A DNA stretch of 64,000 nucleotides from a virus. The notes under the pieces were generated by a model. That model saw only the letters and a program-made list of their open reading frames with translations. It was not told the DNA's origin and did not search any database. Positions 20,509 through 30,050 of the stretch are shown in pieces. A program made the translations under genes and the position numbers. Every line of letters begins with the position of its first letter. Position 1 is the first letter of the stretch. The DNA is taken from the IMG/VR virus record IMGVR_UViG_3300037826_000058, positions 55,095 through 119,094 of that record. One strand, given 5' to 3'.

Positions 20509-21202
20509 AAACCTCTTTCCATTCTTTCGTGCGCCTGAAATCCGCCGCACCTATAGCATACGTCGTTAGATGCCCCAGTTGTACCCTGAAGTCCGCGTGT
20601 ATCTTGAACCTGTGCTTGCGTGCCTTGCGGCAAAAGATGATGTCTGAAGTCATCCCATACACACCTTGCCCTGTCCAAAACCACGGTGAGGGTATAACCT
20701 CAAAGACCTCTCGTTTTACCATCAGGCATCCAGTACCAACCTCATCTACCTCGAAAACAGATTCATCGTCGGGTATCCCGCTTAGCACTTGTGGTTGATA
20801 AAATGTTGGTATGTTTTGTTTATCGAACCACGCTTGCACCTCCTTCGCCATAGGGAAGTGTAGCTCGTTATTTTGGGGTGCCAGCTTGTAAACACACGGT
20901 GCGAACGGGCGCTCACGTTGATATACAACACCACTCACAATATCGAGGTCAAGGTTGTAAAGGTGCTTTGCGGTATGAGGATGAAATACCTCGTCACTAT
21001 CTATAAAGAACAGGTGGGAGGCCCCTTCGATTTTTAGAAACTTCTCAGCAATGTTCTGACGCCCTTTGAAGATATTTGTGCATCGTTGACCTATCACCAG
21101 ATTGGGAATGTCGTTTTGTGCTAAATGAATGCGCATGTTGTCCAACGCATCCTTAAATTCCCATTGACCAAACCTTTCTCTCAAAACCCCTATTACAATC
21201 AT
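20477..21202 (-). CDS. Glycosyltransferase (GT-A, family 2-like)
   Basis: LFFIDSD, EVDEVGTGCLMVKREVFE, DIIFCRKAR...GH. Confidence 0.8.
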   Translation of the reverse strand: MIVIGVLRERFGQWEFKDALDNMRIHLAQNDIPNLVIGQRCTNIFKGRQNIAEKFLKIEGASHLFFIDSDEVFHPHTAKHLYNLDLDIVSGVVYQRERPFAPCVYKLAPQNNELHFPMAKEVQAWFDKQNIPTFYQPQVLSGIPDDESVFEVDEVGTGCLMVKREVFEVIPSPWFWTGQGVYGMTSDIIFCRKARKHRFKIHADFRVQLGHLTTYAIGAADFRRTKEWKEVYDENNQEVSW

Positions 21203-21432
21203 TGGTCACTATCCGCCAAGGGGTCGGTGACAGGATTCCCACCTGCTGTTTCCGCGATTGCGTTAGCAATATGTTGTAGCTCTTTAATAGCACCATTGTG
21301 CCTCTCTCTAGCGGCAATAGCCTCGTCTATTTTCTCGTTCAATTGCATAATTGCCATTGTGAGGTTATTGACTTCTTGTTGGTGCCATTCTAAACGTGCT
21401 TTCAACTTGTTGAAAGATGCATCATTTTTCAT
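21199..21432 (-). CDS. Small coiled-coil protein
   Basis: Overlapping start/stop with neighbours. Confidence 0.55.
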   Translation of the reverse strand: MKNDASFNKLKARLEWHQQEVNNLTMAIMQLNEKIDEAIAARERHNGAIKELQHIANAIAETAGGNPVTDPLADSDQ

Positions 21433-22075
21433 CTTTCTGTTCCTCCCATGCTCTTATTCCTTCTTCCCGATTTTCTACCCAGTCTCTTTCAGTGATGGAT
21501 TGTGGACGTATGTGTCCGCATTTGATACTGGTATCACACCAGATATTTACCTTTGCTTCTGTACGAGCCTTGAGACACAACCTTAAGTCGCTACCTACTA
21601 ATGGTTGGTCTCTAAACGGCCCCAACTGGCTCCATGGTCTTTCCATAGAAGCCAAAACGCTCCTGTGTATCAATAGACAACCATGCCCACAAGCGCCTAC
21701 TTTGATAAGCTGATTATCTGGATAGTAGAAATACCTTGTCTTGGGCCACTGGTCAATCGGTTCTGTCTGGAATATTGTAGGAAACGCCATGTCACCGCGT
21801 GAAAAGTACAAACCAGTGATAAACCTCTTTCGGTGACTAAGGAGTTTAGGCAAGGCATTGCTGGGTATCTCCATATCAGCATCGATGATAAATACAAAGT
21901 CAGAATCGCCACGCATAAACTCTTCAAGCAAAACCTCACGGGCGTACTCACTTCGCATTCCTACTCGCGCTAGAACGCGAGAGACCACTGGCTGATGAGT
22001 TACTGGCAACAATGTGCTTGTGACAAACCTTGATACGATAATATCAGGAAAGCACACTAAAACGTCAACCTTCAT
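21422..22075 (-). CDS. Glycosyltransferase (GT-A, paralog of 20477-21202)
   Basis: FIIDAD, GACGHGCLLIHRSV, SDLRLCLKAR...CGH. Confidence 0.8.
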   Translation of the reverse strand: MKVDVLVCFPDIIVSRFVTSTLLPVTHQPVVSRVLARVGMRSEYAREVLLEEFMRGDSDFVFIIDADMEIPSNALPKLLSHRKRFITGLYFSRGDMAFPTIFQTEPIDQWPKTRYFYYPDNQLIKVGACGHGCLLIHRSVLASMERPWSQLGPFRDQPLVGSDLRLCLKARTEAKVNIWCDTSIKCGHIRPQSITERDWVENREEGIRAWEEQKDEK

Positions 22076-22128
22076 ATGTCCCCCTAGCTGGGGCTACTAT
22101 TCCCCAGCCCTGCGGCTGTAGCAACCTA

Positions 22129-22692
22129 CTAAGCTGTGGTTGTGGTTGAGAATTCGACGTATCTGTATGTACCAGAACCAGTGTGGATACCAATCCAGTA
22201 TTTGCTGTTTTGGTTTACTACTCGGATGGCACCTGTATCAGGTTCACCACTAAGGGCGCTTGTGGTGTACCCGATGTCGCACCAGTTGTTAGCATCAACA
22301 GCCAATGCCGCTGTAGCGTCCTGTTCTACGGTAAGAGCGGCCTGATCGTCGCTTGCGTTGTCCTGCTTGACCAGTACCACCGGGCTGTTGGTTGCCCCGC
22401 TTGTTAAGTTGCGAGCCACTTGAACTTGACCAGCCTCTGCGATGTTGACCAACAATTGAGAGTTACCACTATCCCAATCTACAATCACATCGGATGAGTC
22501 ACCAAATTCAAGTTGGTCATTATCCTTCAACCACAAGTCACAACCGTCGAAGTATAACTCATCTGCGCTTGCATCAAATTTGACAACAGCATTCGATGTA
22601 TCACCATACCATGTGCTATCAACGGGGTCGTCTTCTGTGCCGAACTTAGTTGGGCCTCGAAAGTGCTCTGTCATTCTCCATTTTCTTGTCAT
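22129..22692 (-). CDS. Putative head decoration/fibre protein
   Basis: Acidic, beta-rich; follows the capsid genes. Confidence 0.5.
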   Translation of the reverse strand: MTRKWRMTEHFRGPTKFGTEDDPVDSTWYGDTSNAVVKFDASADELYFDGCDLWLKDNDQLEFGDSSDVIVDWDSGNSQLLVNIAEAGQVQVARNLTSGATNSPVVLVKQDNASDDQAALTVEQDATAALAVDANNWCDIGYTTSALSGEPDTGAIRVVNQNSKYWIGIHTGSGTYRYVEFSTTTTA

Positions 22693-22775
22693 GTCTTCCT
22701 CCGTGACTGTCCTCTCGCTTAAAGAGAGGGTTTGAGGTCTTTGCCCCTAGACGCCAGTCTGCGCCCAAGTAATTA

Positions 22776-22798
22776 AAAACCCCCTTCGCAGGGGGTTA
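22776..22798 (-). terminator. Rho-independent terminator after the capsid genes
   Basis: AACCCCCT-GCGA-AGGGGGTT followed by further Ts. Confidence 0.7.
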
Positions 22799-22872
22799 GA
22801 ATAGGTACTCACCCCTATTAGGTATACGTAGGTACTGACCCCCACGTGGGTCTATATATATTTTTTAGGGGG

Positions 22873-23145
22873 CTATGGAGCTACAATCTCTGCTGGCTCC
22901 TCTTTTTCCCCAGCGTGCCTTTTTACACCGTGTACGGTGCGGGCATCTTCTGTGAGGAACTTTGCCCCACAGCGCCCGCACTCGTACAATTCGGTGTTTT
23001 CATCCGGCAATGGTTTGAACAACCCGTGCCGTAACAGTTTCTCATCGTTTCGTAAACCTTTCAGTTCAATGACTTGTCGCTGGTCTAATTGTTCACCAGC
23101 ATATCCAAACGACTTACTGGCATAGACCTTATCACCGATTGACAT
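22873..23145 (-). CDS. Small C2H2-type zinc-finger protein
   Basis: CGRCG...H....H. Confidence 0.65.
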   Translation of the reverse strand: MSIGDKVYASKSFGYAGEQLDQRQVIELKGLRNDEKLLRHGLFKPLPDENTELYECGRCGAKFLTEDARTVHGVKRHAGEKEEPAEIVAP

Positions 23146-23165
23146 TGCTCCTCCTATTAGGTTGT

Positions 23166-24134
23166 TTATGCGTCTACTGCATCCTCAAGCCAAGCACCTG
23201 CGTTGGAAACCGTGGCTTTCTGGTCGTAGCAAGTTAGCCCCTCTACATAATCACCACGTTTCTCAGCGTCGTGATATTTACGTATCCATTGTGGGCCTGA
23301 ACCTGCCTCTGGGCCAGTCTTCCAAACAAAAGTATATCCTGCGCTTGGTGTGAACAGGGATGGGCGCTGTGCTACATAAAGCAACAGTGCGTCGTCATCC
23401 CAGTTAGCCGAATACGTCTGACTTGATGCTCCCTCATCGGCACTGGCGTAGATTGAACGCCCTACCAGTACACGCTCAAGGTCAAACAGTGCAGCTAGCA
23501 ACTCGGTGGTTGCAATGCCGCGCTCTGTGTACTTGATGCGGTCTAGTACATCGGGGTGATCCATTAGCTTGTCATAGGTCATATCACCTAAAACAAGGGT
23601 GTTGGGATCACGTCCAATCAATCGACGAACGGTTCGCTTATAGTCTCGAACGTCCGTGATAGGGTCAGAGCTACCAAAGCTCGACCATTTTACAAAGTCT
23701 ACACCACCGTCTTTATCTGTACCCCATACGGTATCGGTGCAGAATGAAGACACAAATGCTCGCTCTCGACGGATGAACAACTTCTCTGTCACAAGCATCG
23801 TTGCTTCACGATCAGCATCGAATGGGGTGTCCTGATTGGCTCGACGCTTATCAGAGATAAAGTGTCGCGCACCATATTCCTGACAGTAATACGTCGCTGA
23901 GGTATCAACCTCATAGCCGATGTCAGGTGCTACACCACCCTCTGGGATAAGCGAAGCGTCATCCCTGAACCAATAGTCCTGCGTATAGGCCGGGATGATG
24001 TCCGACTGCTTGTCTACCATCACGATAGGGAATACTTGGTCAGCGATATACTCCTCATTGCTGTATCCAATCGAGATGTTAGACAACATTTTATTAACAT
24101 GAACGTCTCCAGCTGTTGGGCTTAGAATAGGCAT
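23166..24134 (-). CDS. Major capsid protein
   Basis: LSNISIGYSN..YIADQVFPIV...PNTLVLG...HPDVLDRIKY...PSAGYTF. Confidence 0.88.
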   Translation of the reverse strand: MPILSPTAGDVHVNKMLSNISIGYSNEEYIADQVFPIVMVDKQSDIIPAYTQDYWFRDDASLIPEGGVAPDIGYEVDTSATYYCQEYGARHFISDKRRANQDTPFDADREATMLVTEKLFIRRERAFVSSFCTDTVWGTDKDGGVDFVKWSSFGSSDPITDVRDYKRTVRRLIGRDPNTLVLGDMTYDKLMDHPDVLDRIKYTERGIATTELLAALFDLERVLVGRSIYASADEGASSQTYSANWDDDALLLYVAQRPSLFTPSAGYTFVWKTGPEAGSGPQWIRKYHDAEKRGDYVEGLTCYDQKATVSNAGAWLEDAVDA

Positions 24135-24149
24135 TATTATCCTCCGTTA

Positions 24150-24539
24150 CTACGCTGCCCTGGCTGGGCCACCTAACAGAACCATCTCGGCGTTCTCGCC
24201 GCTATCGGCTCCGACTACCACGACACCAGCTACATAGGCTGTAGTGTCGCTACCGGGGGTGAGCGCTGTGGCTGACCCGCGTGCGTTTGGGCCTACCAGA
24301 TTGCCAGCCGTAAGTGTTTCTCCGGCTACCACCTTGGAATGACCCAATACTCTTACCAGTGCCGCCCTGCCTGACGATGCAGGCTTGTTTTGCAAAATAC
24401 CAAGTGCCTGGTCTGTAGCAGCGTTGCACCGACTGACCTGCTCGTTGGTGCTGTCCTGTTCTACAAAGTAGTATTGGTAATCGCTCAAATCTCCTGCGGC
24501 TTTGGCATTAACGTTAATTCCGTCCTGTTGTTTTGCCAT
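24150..24539 (-). CDS. Capsid cement/decoration protein (DUF2190-like)
   Basis: AAGDLSDYQYYFV...ALGILQNKPASSG. Confidence 0.75.
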   Translation of the reverse strand: MAKQQDGINVNAKAAGDLSDYQYYFVEQDSTNEQVSRCNAATDQALGILQNKPASSGRAALVRVLGHSKVVAGETLTAGNLVGPNARGSATALTPGSDTTAYVAGVVVVGADSGENAEMVLLGGPARAA

Positions 24540-24541
24540 TA

Positions 24542-26158
24542 TTAGTCCTCCTGCTTAGGCGAACCGTTGCGGGTAACAGCCGCGTCATACTCGGCGTAGA
24601 TTTCTGGGTGGGCTTCTGCTACAGCCACCGTCGCCTCTGAAACGCTTGCCCCATGCTCTTTTTGGTGTTTCTCAACCAGTGCCTCAAACTTGACCACAGG
24701 GTCAGTTGGGGCGGGGCCACCACTACCCATCTCATCGAACAAACGACCCGTCTCATCAATATTTCCCATAGCTTCTAACAGAGACTCCAGCTCAGCATAG
24801 CGAGCCTTGTCTTCCGTGTCATCCGCGTCGTGGAAATACATCAACAGATCGCCACCATTCTCAACCGGCAGCCCAAGCTCCTCTGCCTTATCTGAGAATT
24901 CTTTTGCCCTTCTTTTGCGCTCAACCATCTTAATCTCTTCCGCGAACTTAGCCGCTTCAGCCTCAGCCTTTTCTTTCTCTTCTCGCAATGCGGCTACTTC
25001 TTCTTCCAGTTCTGTTACCTTGGCCTCGAAGTTGAATACACCGCTTTTAAGCTGCTCAGATAAGGCTTCAACATCAATCGACTGTTCGGGAAAGCGCTCA
25101 GATAGATGGTCAGCGATATTTTGGGCTAACTCTTCTACCTTGATGTCACTCATATCATCTTTCTCCCGATATTCTCCTACTTTGAATTTTTTCTTAGCGT
25201 CTTCGATACGTTTCTCGACAACGTTTTTACCTTTGTATGAAAAGTCTTCCTGTGCAAAGCGCGAGGATGCGTTTTGGACATGAGACTTGTCATGAATGGG
25301 ATAACGATAATTCACCGGGTCGGCAAACTGATCGTCGCTGAGGTCTTCCCACTTGGCGGGCTTGGTTAAATGCCCGTGTTCAAGAATGGCGATATTGTAT
25401 TTCTCAGAGCGAGTCTTCTGTGCTTCGTGCTTTTCCTCTGATTCATTGTTGCCAAACATATCTGAAAGGCGCTCGTAAGCGCGTCTTAACAAATCTATTG
25501 CTTTATCTTCTTCCCCTGTTTCCCACCCTTGATCGTCAGAGAAAATTGCTGTTGCACGCCCCAGACGCGGGCGAGGGGTAAGCGCAATACCAAGTGCTAC
25601 GTTGTCGTAGTAATCTCCATCCAGTGCCTGGTATCTTCTCAATCGTACTTCCGGTGAGGCGTAACGATAACCCTTGTCTTTAATCTCCTCGATTTTTTCT
25701 TCTCTGAAATGGGGTTTCCACTGAACCTCGTTTCCCGTGAACCTTAAGTCATCTATATATCCATAGACACCATATTCGTCACGGTGTAGGATATTAACCG
25801 GCAGGTCATAGTCGGGAATGTTATGCACCTGAAAGTTTGTTACCATCTCTTGCGCGTCTTTCTGTGTAAACTCTATCTTTTTCCCGTAGTGATAGACGGT
25901 TCCTACTGGAAAGTACAGATACCAACCGTCTTCACGCTCAGAGAATGGGACAAAATAAGTTACATCTTCAGCCTTTACCCACTTACCATCCTCTTTCTTG
26001 TAATTTTTCTTGATGACGCCCCACGCTTTCTTGAAAGCCTTTTCCTCACTATCGCCACTGTCTAATGCGCTGTTGACGACTTTAAGAAATTGCTTTTGTG
26101 CAGCTGTAGGAAGTGTTTTTACCCTATCGGGTAATTCAGAAATTTTAGAATATGGCAT
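24542..26158 (-). CDS. Head maturation protease/scaffold fusion with N-terminal ChaB-like domain
   Basis: MPYSKISELP...AWGVIKK (ChaB); H..YRYASPE...ALTPRP (Mu gpI-like protease); FADPVNYRYPIHD module; coiled-coil scaffold. Confidence 0.8.
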   Translation of the reverse strand: MPYSKISELPDRVKTLPTAAQKQFLKVVNSALDSGDSEEKAFKKAWGVIKKNYKKEDGKWVKAEDVTYFVPFSEREDGWYLYFPVGTVYHYGKKIEFTQKDAQEMVTNFQVHNIPDYDLPVNILHRDEYGVYGYIDDLRFTGNEVQWKPHFREEKIEEIKDKGYRYASPEVRLRRYQALDGDYYDNVALGIALTPRPRLGRATAIFSDDQGWETGEEDKAIDLLRRAYERLSDMFGNNESEEKHEAQKTRSEKYNIAILEHGHLTKPAKWEDLSDDQFADPVNYRYPIHDKSHVQNASSRFAQEDFSYKGKNVVEKRIEDAKKKFKVGEYREKDDMSDIKVEELAQNIADHLSERFPEQSIDVEALSEQLKSGVFNFEAKVTELEEEVAALREEKEKAEAEAAKFAEEIKMVERKRRAKEFSDKAEELGLPVENGGDLLMYFHDADDTEDKARYAELESLLEAMGNIDETGRLFDEMGSGGPAPTDPVVKFEALVEKHQKEHGASVSEATVAVAEAHPEIYAEYDAAVTRNGSPKQED

Positions 26159-26176
26159 AATCTATCCTCCGACAAC

Positions 26177-26227
26177 AAAAAACGGGTGCGAGATTTGTAA
26201 TCTCACACCCGCTTAGATTCAGGTGAG
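26177..26227 (-). promoter_or_regulatory. Terminator/antiterminator leader upstream of the head-tail operon
   Basis: GCGGGTGTGAGAT-TACAA-ATCTCGCACCCG-TTTTTT; upstream CTCACCTG can pair with the 5' arm. Confidence 0.6.
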
Positions 26228-26361
26228 CTTAGTTATATCATATCATTTGCATCGCGGCGTAGTTTCCGCGAGCTAAGAATTGTACGTTAGAAGTTTACTT
26301 TGGTGAGGTATCAATTGTCAAGGTTGGCGGTGATTGCACATAAAGATGACTAACGAATCGC

Positions 26362-26390
26362 TTGACAAACCTAGGTATATGGTGTATAAT
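26362..26390 (+). promoter_or_regulatory. Sigma70-type promoter
   Basis: TTGACA-17-TATAAT; ATG 6 nt downstream (leaderless). Confidence 0.85.
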
Positions 26391-26396
26391 TGCTGT

Positions 26397-26969
26397 ATGA
26401 AAAACCAAAAAGCCCATGTTCTGGCATTTAGTAGCGAAAGCGTTGAGTATTATACTCCCTCAGAAATCATCGAGGCTGCGCGGTCTTTGATGGGGGGAAT
26501 AGACCTCGACCCCGCCTCCTGTGTGGAGGCACAAGAGACTGTTAGGGCCAGAACGTTTTATACCCAACAGGACGATGGCCTTAAACAGCAATGGGAGGGG
26601 CGAGTCTGGCTTAATCCTCCTTATGGGAAGATTGGGAACGAATCATCTCAGGGGTATTGGGCCGAAAGGCTCATCGTAGAATATGATATGGGGAATGTTG
26701 GGGCGGCGTGTCTCTTGACGCGCTCCGCCTTGGGCTACGAATGGTACGAATCCCTGCTAGATCGACTACCTGTTTGCTTGTTTCGCAAACGAGTTGAGTT
26801 TGTCATCCCAGGGGGAGGCACCAAAGGCCCCAGTAAACAAGGGGTGTCGGTTTTCTATCTGGGAGAGAACAGAGCTGGCTTTGTAGAGCACTTCGGGGAA
26901 TTCGGAAGAATCATTTTCCCTGAGGATTATAAGGGGGGCAAGGATGTATGGCAAGCTAACCTTTGGTAA
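26397..26969 (+). CDS. Phage DNA N6-adenine methyltransferase (Dam-like)
   Basis: EYYTP, IDLDPAS, DDGL..W.GRVWLNPPY. Confidence 0.9.
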   Translation: MKNQKAHVLAFSSESVEYYTPSEIIEAARSLMGGIDLDPASCVEAQETVRARTFYTQQDDGLKQQWEGRVWLNPPYGKIGNESSQGYWAERLIVEYDMGNVGAACLLTRSALGYEWYESLLDRLPVCLFRKRVEFVIPGGGTKGPSKQGVSVFYLGENRAGFVEHFGEFGRIIFPEDYKGGKDVWQANLW

Positions 26970-27213
26970 GGTTGGTGCTGTTATTATGGTGGTGCTGTTA
27001 ACGATTTTCATCATAGGGGTATCAAATGTTTTCAGGGTACGAAGCCAAAGAGGAAAATGGCGCGTCGTAGTAATAGACAGCCAGGTGGTCTATTATTGTC
27101 AGAAACGAGAAAGCAAGACTGTTTTCAGAGATTGCCAGCAAGGGTTAACTTCTTACAAGTGGATAGATTTTGATAAGGATAGTGTCAACATCATGTTAGA
27201 GGGGGGGCAATGA
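26944..27213 (+). CDS. Membrane-anchored hypothetical protein
   Basis: N-terminal TM helix; RBS. Confidence 0.55.
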   Translation: MYGKLTFGKVGAVIMVVLLTIFIIGVSNVFRVRSQRGKWRVVVIDSQVVYYCQKRESKTVFRDCQQGLTSYKWIDFDKDSVNIMLEGGQ

Positions 27214-27581
27214 GCAACACGCTATTTGATACCGCGCTGGAAATTGCCAGCAAATACCGCGATACCCAAGAAAAGCTCATCGCGTTAGAAATGGATATGG
27301 TAACCCTGAGAGTAAAAGCTGAAAAATTCCAAACACGCGCAGTTAGCAATGGGTATCGAACTGGGTTGATTAACGACCGAAACTCGGACACCCGTGCAGC
27401 GGGGGAATCGTTGGTTTTGCAGAACGACCAAGCATACCAAACAGTGCTTGAACGTAAGGCTGGATTAGAAAGCGAGATAAAGAAAACAAAAGCCCTTTTG
27501 GACTACTGGCACAACGTGTTGATGATTCACCGGTCTGTTTTGTCACCAGATACATGGAGGGCAAAAAATGAACATAGCTGA
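27210..27581 (+). CDS. Hypothetical coiled-coil protein
   Basis: ATGA overlap; RBS. Confidence 0.6.
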   Translation: MSNTLFDTALEIASKYRDTQEKLIALEMDMVTLRVKAEKFQTRAVSNGYRTGLINDRNSDTRAAGESLVLQNDQAYQTVLERKAGLESEIKKTKALLDYWHNVLMIHRSVLSPDTWRAKNEHS

Positions 27582-27882
27582 CTACGCCCTTTCACACCAT
27601 CTCCACAGGTTGTCTGACTCTCTCTATTTGCCGTATGTGGAGAGAGCAATAGAAGACCCGCACACGGGGGCCTGTCGATGTTCTAGGTGTGAAGGTATAG
27701 TATATGGTCTTAAATACCTAGTGTGGTATAACAACGGTACAGGGTGGTACGACTGCGCGTCGGCTCACCCCAGTCTAGAAGATGCTATACAAGCAGCTAG
27801 GAAACAAGGATGCTCTCGCATAACTCGTGTGGGGAAGGATGGGAACGACAGTGATGGTGTAATCTGGAGGAAAAATGAATAA
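27568..27882 (+). CDS. Hypothetical protein
   Basis: GGAGG RBS. Confidence 0.55.
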   Translation: MNIADYALSHHLHRLSDSLYLPYVERAIEDPHTGACRCSRCEGIVYGLKYLVWYNNGTGWYDCASAHPSLEDAIQAARKQGCSRITRVGKDGNDSDGVIWRKNE

Positions 27883-28018
27883 TGATGACAAGGTGTTTAG
27901 GGTGTTGTTTGTGGCGTTTGTTCTAATCTTTTTGTGCGCCCTAGTCAGTACAGTAGTCACATATGGCGGCGGGGCGTATGTTCTCGTTCGCGTTCTTAGT
28001 AATCTAGGACTTTGGTAA
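27875..28018 (+). CDS. Small membrane protein (47 aa)
   Basis: GGAGG RBS; hydrophobic stretch; below the ORF-track size cutoff. Confidence 0.5.
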   Translation: MNNDDKVFRVLFVAFVLIFLCALVSTVVTYGGGAYVLVRVLSNLGLW

Positions 28019-28019
28019 C

Positions 28020-29108
28020 ATGATTAAAGTTGAAAGAGAGAAACTGTATTCAGCGGTAGAAATGCTTAAGGACGTAGTGTCAAAACGTCCTATCGTACCC
28101 ATTTACGGGCATATCTTAATCAGGGTCGAGGAAGGAGAGATGCGCCTCACCGCAGCCTCAGGGACAATGGGAGCGCATTTCTGGATTGATGATATAGAAA
28201 CAGATGGTGAAGAAGTAGAAGCAACGGTGCCAGTCAAAGAGGTTCACGACTGGCTTAACACACAACAATCTTCGGAATTTGTTACTGTCATTATAGAAGG
28301 TGATAGGGTCACACTAAGCACTGACAAAGCACAGGCGAATTTGCAATCTATGAACACCGAGCATTTCCCCAACGTATCAACAAAACCAGATGGGGAAGAC
28401 ATCGTTATTGGAGAGGAGGATTTCAAACGAGCAGTTGGTCAAACCATCTTCGCTACAGTTGACGATATTGCCCGCCCTATGTTGTCAAGCATCTTGGTTC
28501 AATCGACAGATAACGGGAAGCTGTGTTTCCAGGGTGCGGACGGTAATAGACTTTCCGCGACTTACATCGAATATCACGGAGGCGACTTTCGTGCCTTAGT
28601 ACCCAGAGAGACAATCAGGGTTGTAAGCCGTGCTTGTATGGGTACGGTTCGGATAGGATGGGCTGGTGGTAACATAGTATTTACGTCTGGTGATTGGGTG
28701 CTAAGCTCGCAAACTACAGAGCAGAAATATCCAGACTTTTCACCCTTCACAGAACGCAAGGAGGAAGACGTAAACACCATAGTGGAAATAGGAAAAGGTG
28801 CAAAAAACCAGTCAAGGGCTGTAATGGTCTTCGCAAAGCAGAACGACAATCTACTCAAGGTGAAGATAACTGCAGACCAAATAATCCTGTCGTCGTATGT
28901 AGAAGTGGGTTCGGGAGAGGCTAGCTTTCCTTGTTTCATTCACAAGGGGGATGAGTTAGAGTTCATGATAAACGGAGCGTATTTTGTTGACGCTCTCAAG
29001 GCAGGAGACAACCTGTCGCTCTGGATAGTTGACGAAACAGAAGCGGTTCAGTTTGTGAATGAAGACCAGACATTTGTTCATTTCATTATGCCGATGCAAC
29101 TCAGATAG
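28020..29108 (+). CDS. dnaN: DNA polymerase III beta sliding clamp
   Basis: 362 aa; RPMLSSI, GADGNRLS, KYPDF, INGAYFVDAL, C-terminal IMPMQL. Confidence 0.9.
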   Translation: MIKVEREKLYSAVEMLKDVVSKRPIVPIYGHILIRVEEGEMRLTAASGTMGAHFWIDDIETDGEEVEATVPVKEVHDWLNTQQSSEFVTVIIEGDRVTLSTDKAQANLQSMNTEHFPNVSTKPDGEDIVIGEEDFKRAVGQTIFATVDDIARPMLSSILVQSTDNGKLCFQGADGNRLSATYIEYHGGDFRALVPRETIRVVSRACMGTVRIGWAGGNIVFTSGDWVLSSQTTEQKYPDFSPFTERKEEDVNTIVEIGKGAKNQSRAVMVFAKQNDNLLKVKITADQIILSSYVEVGSGEASFPCFIHKGDELEFMINGAYFVDALKAGDNLSLWIVDETEAVQFVNEDQTFVHFIMPMQLR

Positions 29109-29118
29109 GGAGGGGGGT

Positions 29119-29670
29119 ATGTTTAAGCGCGTGTTGATGTTGGTATTGCTGTTGTGGGTTGTTTCCTGCGTCCCCGAAAAAGAACCAGTTGAGAGGGCAA
29201 GCGCGGGGGTAGAGGGTGAAGTCCTGGTATCACCCGAAACAGACAACGAGCATGGGTGGAGCGTAGGGTCAAAAGTCCGAGTGAGTACCGAAACATATAC
29301 TTTAGAGGTGAAGATGATAGACTCTATGGCTTCCCACTCTGAAACAGAAGCGAGTGGTTCTGTTTACGGGTGGGGTAGCGGGGGATATGGTTCCTACCGC
29401 ATGGAACAAAACGGAAAGGGGATTATGCCTGTGGAAGTCAAGAGCGTCTCACCGGATTTCCACAACGTCGAGGTTGGTGACTTGATTATCATCAAGGTTA
29501 CTGACCTTAAGGCTATGGCTATTCCAACAGGAGCAGTTTTCACAGTGGTGTGTAACGAGGACGTAGAAGTGGTTAGTCCTAATGTGTCTGGGCAGGTCTT
29601 GACCACGGACAGGCTCACATACGAACTAGACGATTGTAGGTTAAAGTCACCGGAATTTAAGTTGGAGTGA
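29119..29670 (+). CDS. Putative lipoprotein
   Basis: MFKRVLMLVLLLWVVSC lipobox-like. Confidence 0.65.
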   Translation: MFKRVLMLVLLLWVVSCVPEKEPVERASAGVEGEVLVSPETDNEHGWSVGSKVRVSTETYTLEVKMIDSMASHSETEASGSVYGWGSGGYGSYRMEQNGKGIMPVEVKSVSPDFHNVEVGDLIIIKVTDLKAMAIPTGAVFTVVCNEDVEVVSPNVSGQVLTTDRLTYELDDCRLKSPEFKLE

Positions 29671-29682
29671 ACCACGGCAAGC

Positions 29683-29721
29683 AAAAAAAGAGGGAGGGGG
29701 TGTCATACCCTCTCCCTTTTT
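29683..29721. terminator. Bidirectional terminator between convergent operons
   Basis: A-run, GGGAGGGGG...CCCTCTCCC, T-run. Confidence 0.75.
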
Positions 29722-29745
29722 GCTTGTCAGTCAGATCAGTGCCAT

Positions 29746-30030
29746 TTACTTGTCGCTCCCCCTTGCTTTACGGATAGCAGCCTCTACTTTGTCGTTGCAC
29801 GAATATACACCGTCTGACCACTCACGTTCTTCAAAGAACCATTCGGGCAGATTGCAGGCGAGGGCTGCAATAACCTCACAAACCTCCAGTAAATCAGGTG
29901 CCGCAGCTTGTAATCGTGCATTTGCTTCCGTTTTGGGCAAGGGGTTATTGCTCCTGGATGGATAGACAACCCAGCTATCGAGCGCGTTGTCGTTACTCGC
30001 CCGCCACGGCCCCCTTGTGTGTTTACTCAC
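29746..30030 (-). CDS. Conserved phage hypothetical protein
   Basis: KHTxGPW...EANARL.AAAPDLLE motif; GGAGG RBS. Confidence 0.7.
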   Translation of the reverse strand: MSKHTRGPWRASNDNALDSWVVYPSRSNNPLPKTEANARLQAAAPDLLEVCEVIAALACNLPEWFFEEREWSDGVYSCNDKVEAAIRKARGSDK

Positions 30031-30050
30031 TTGCCACCTCCTTTACTTAA

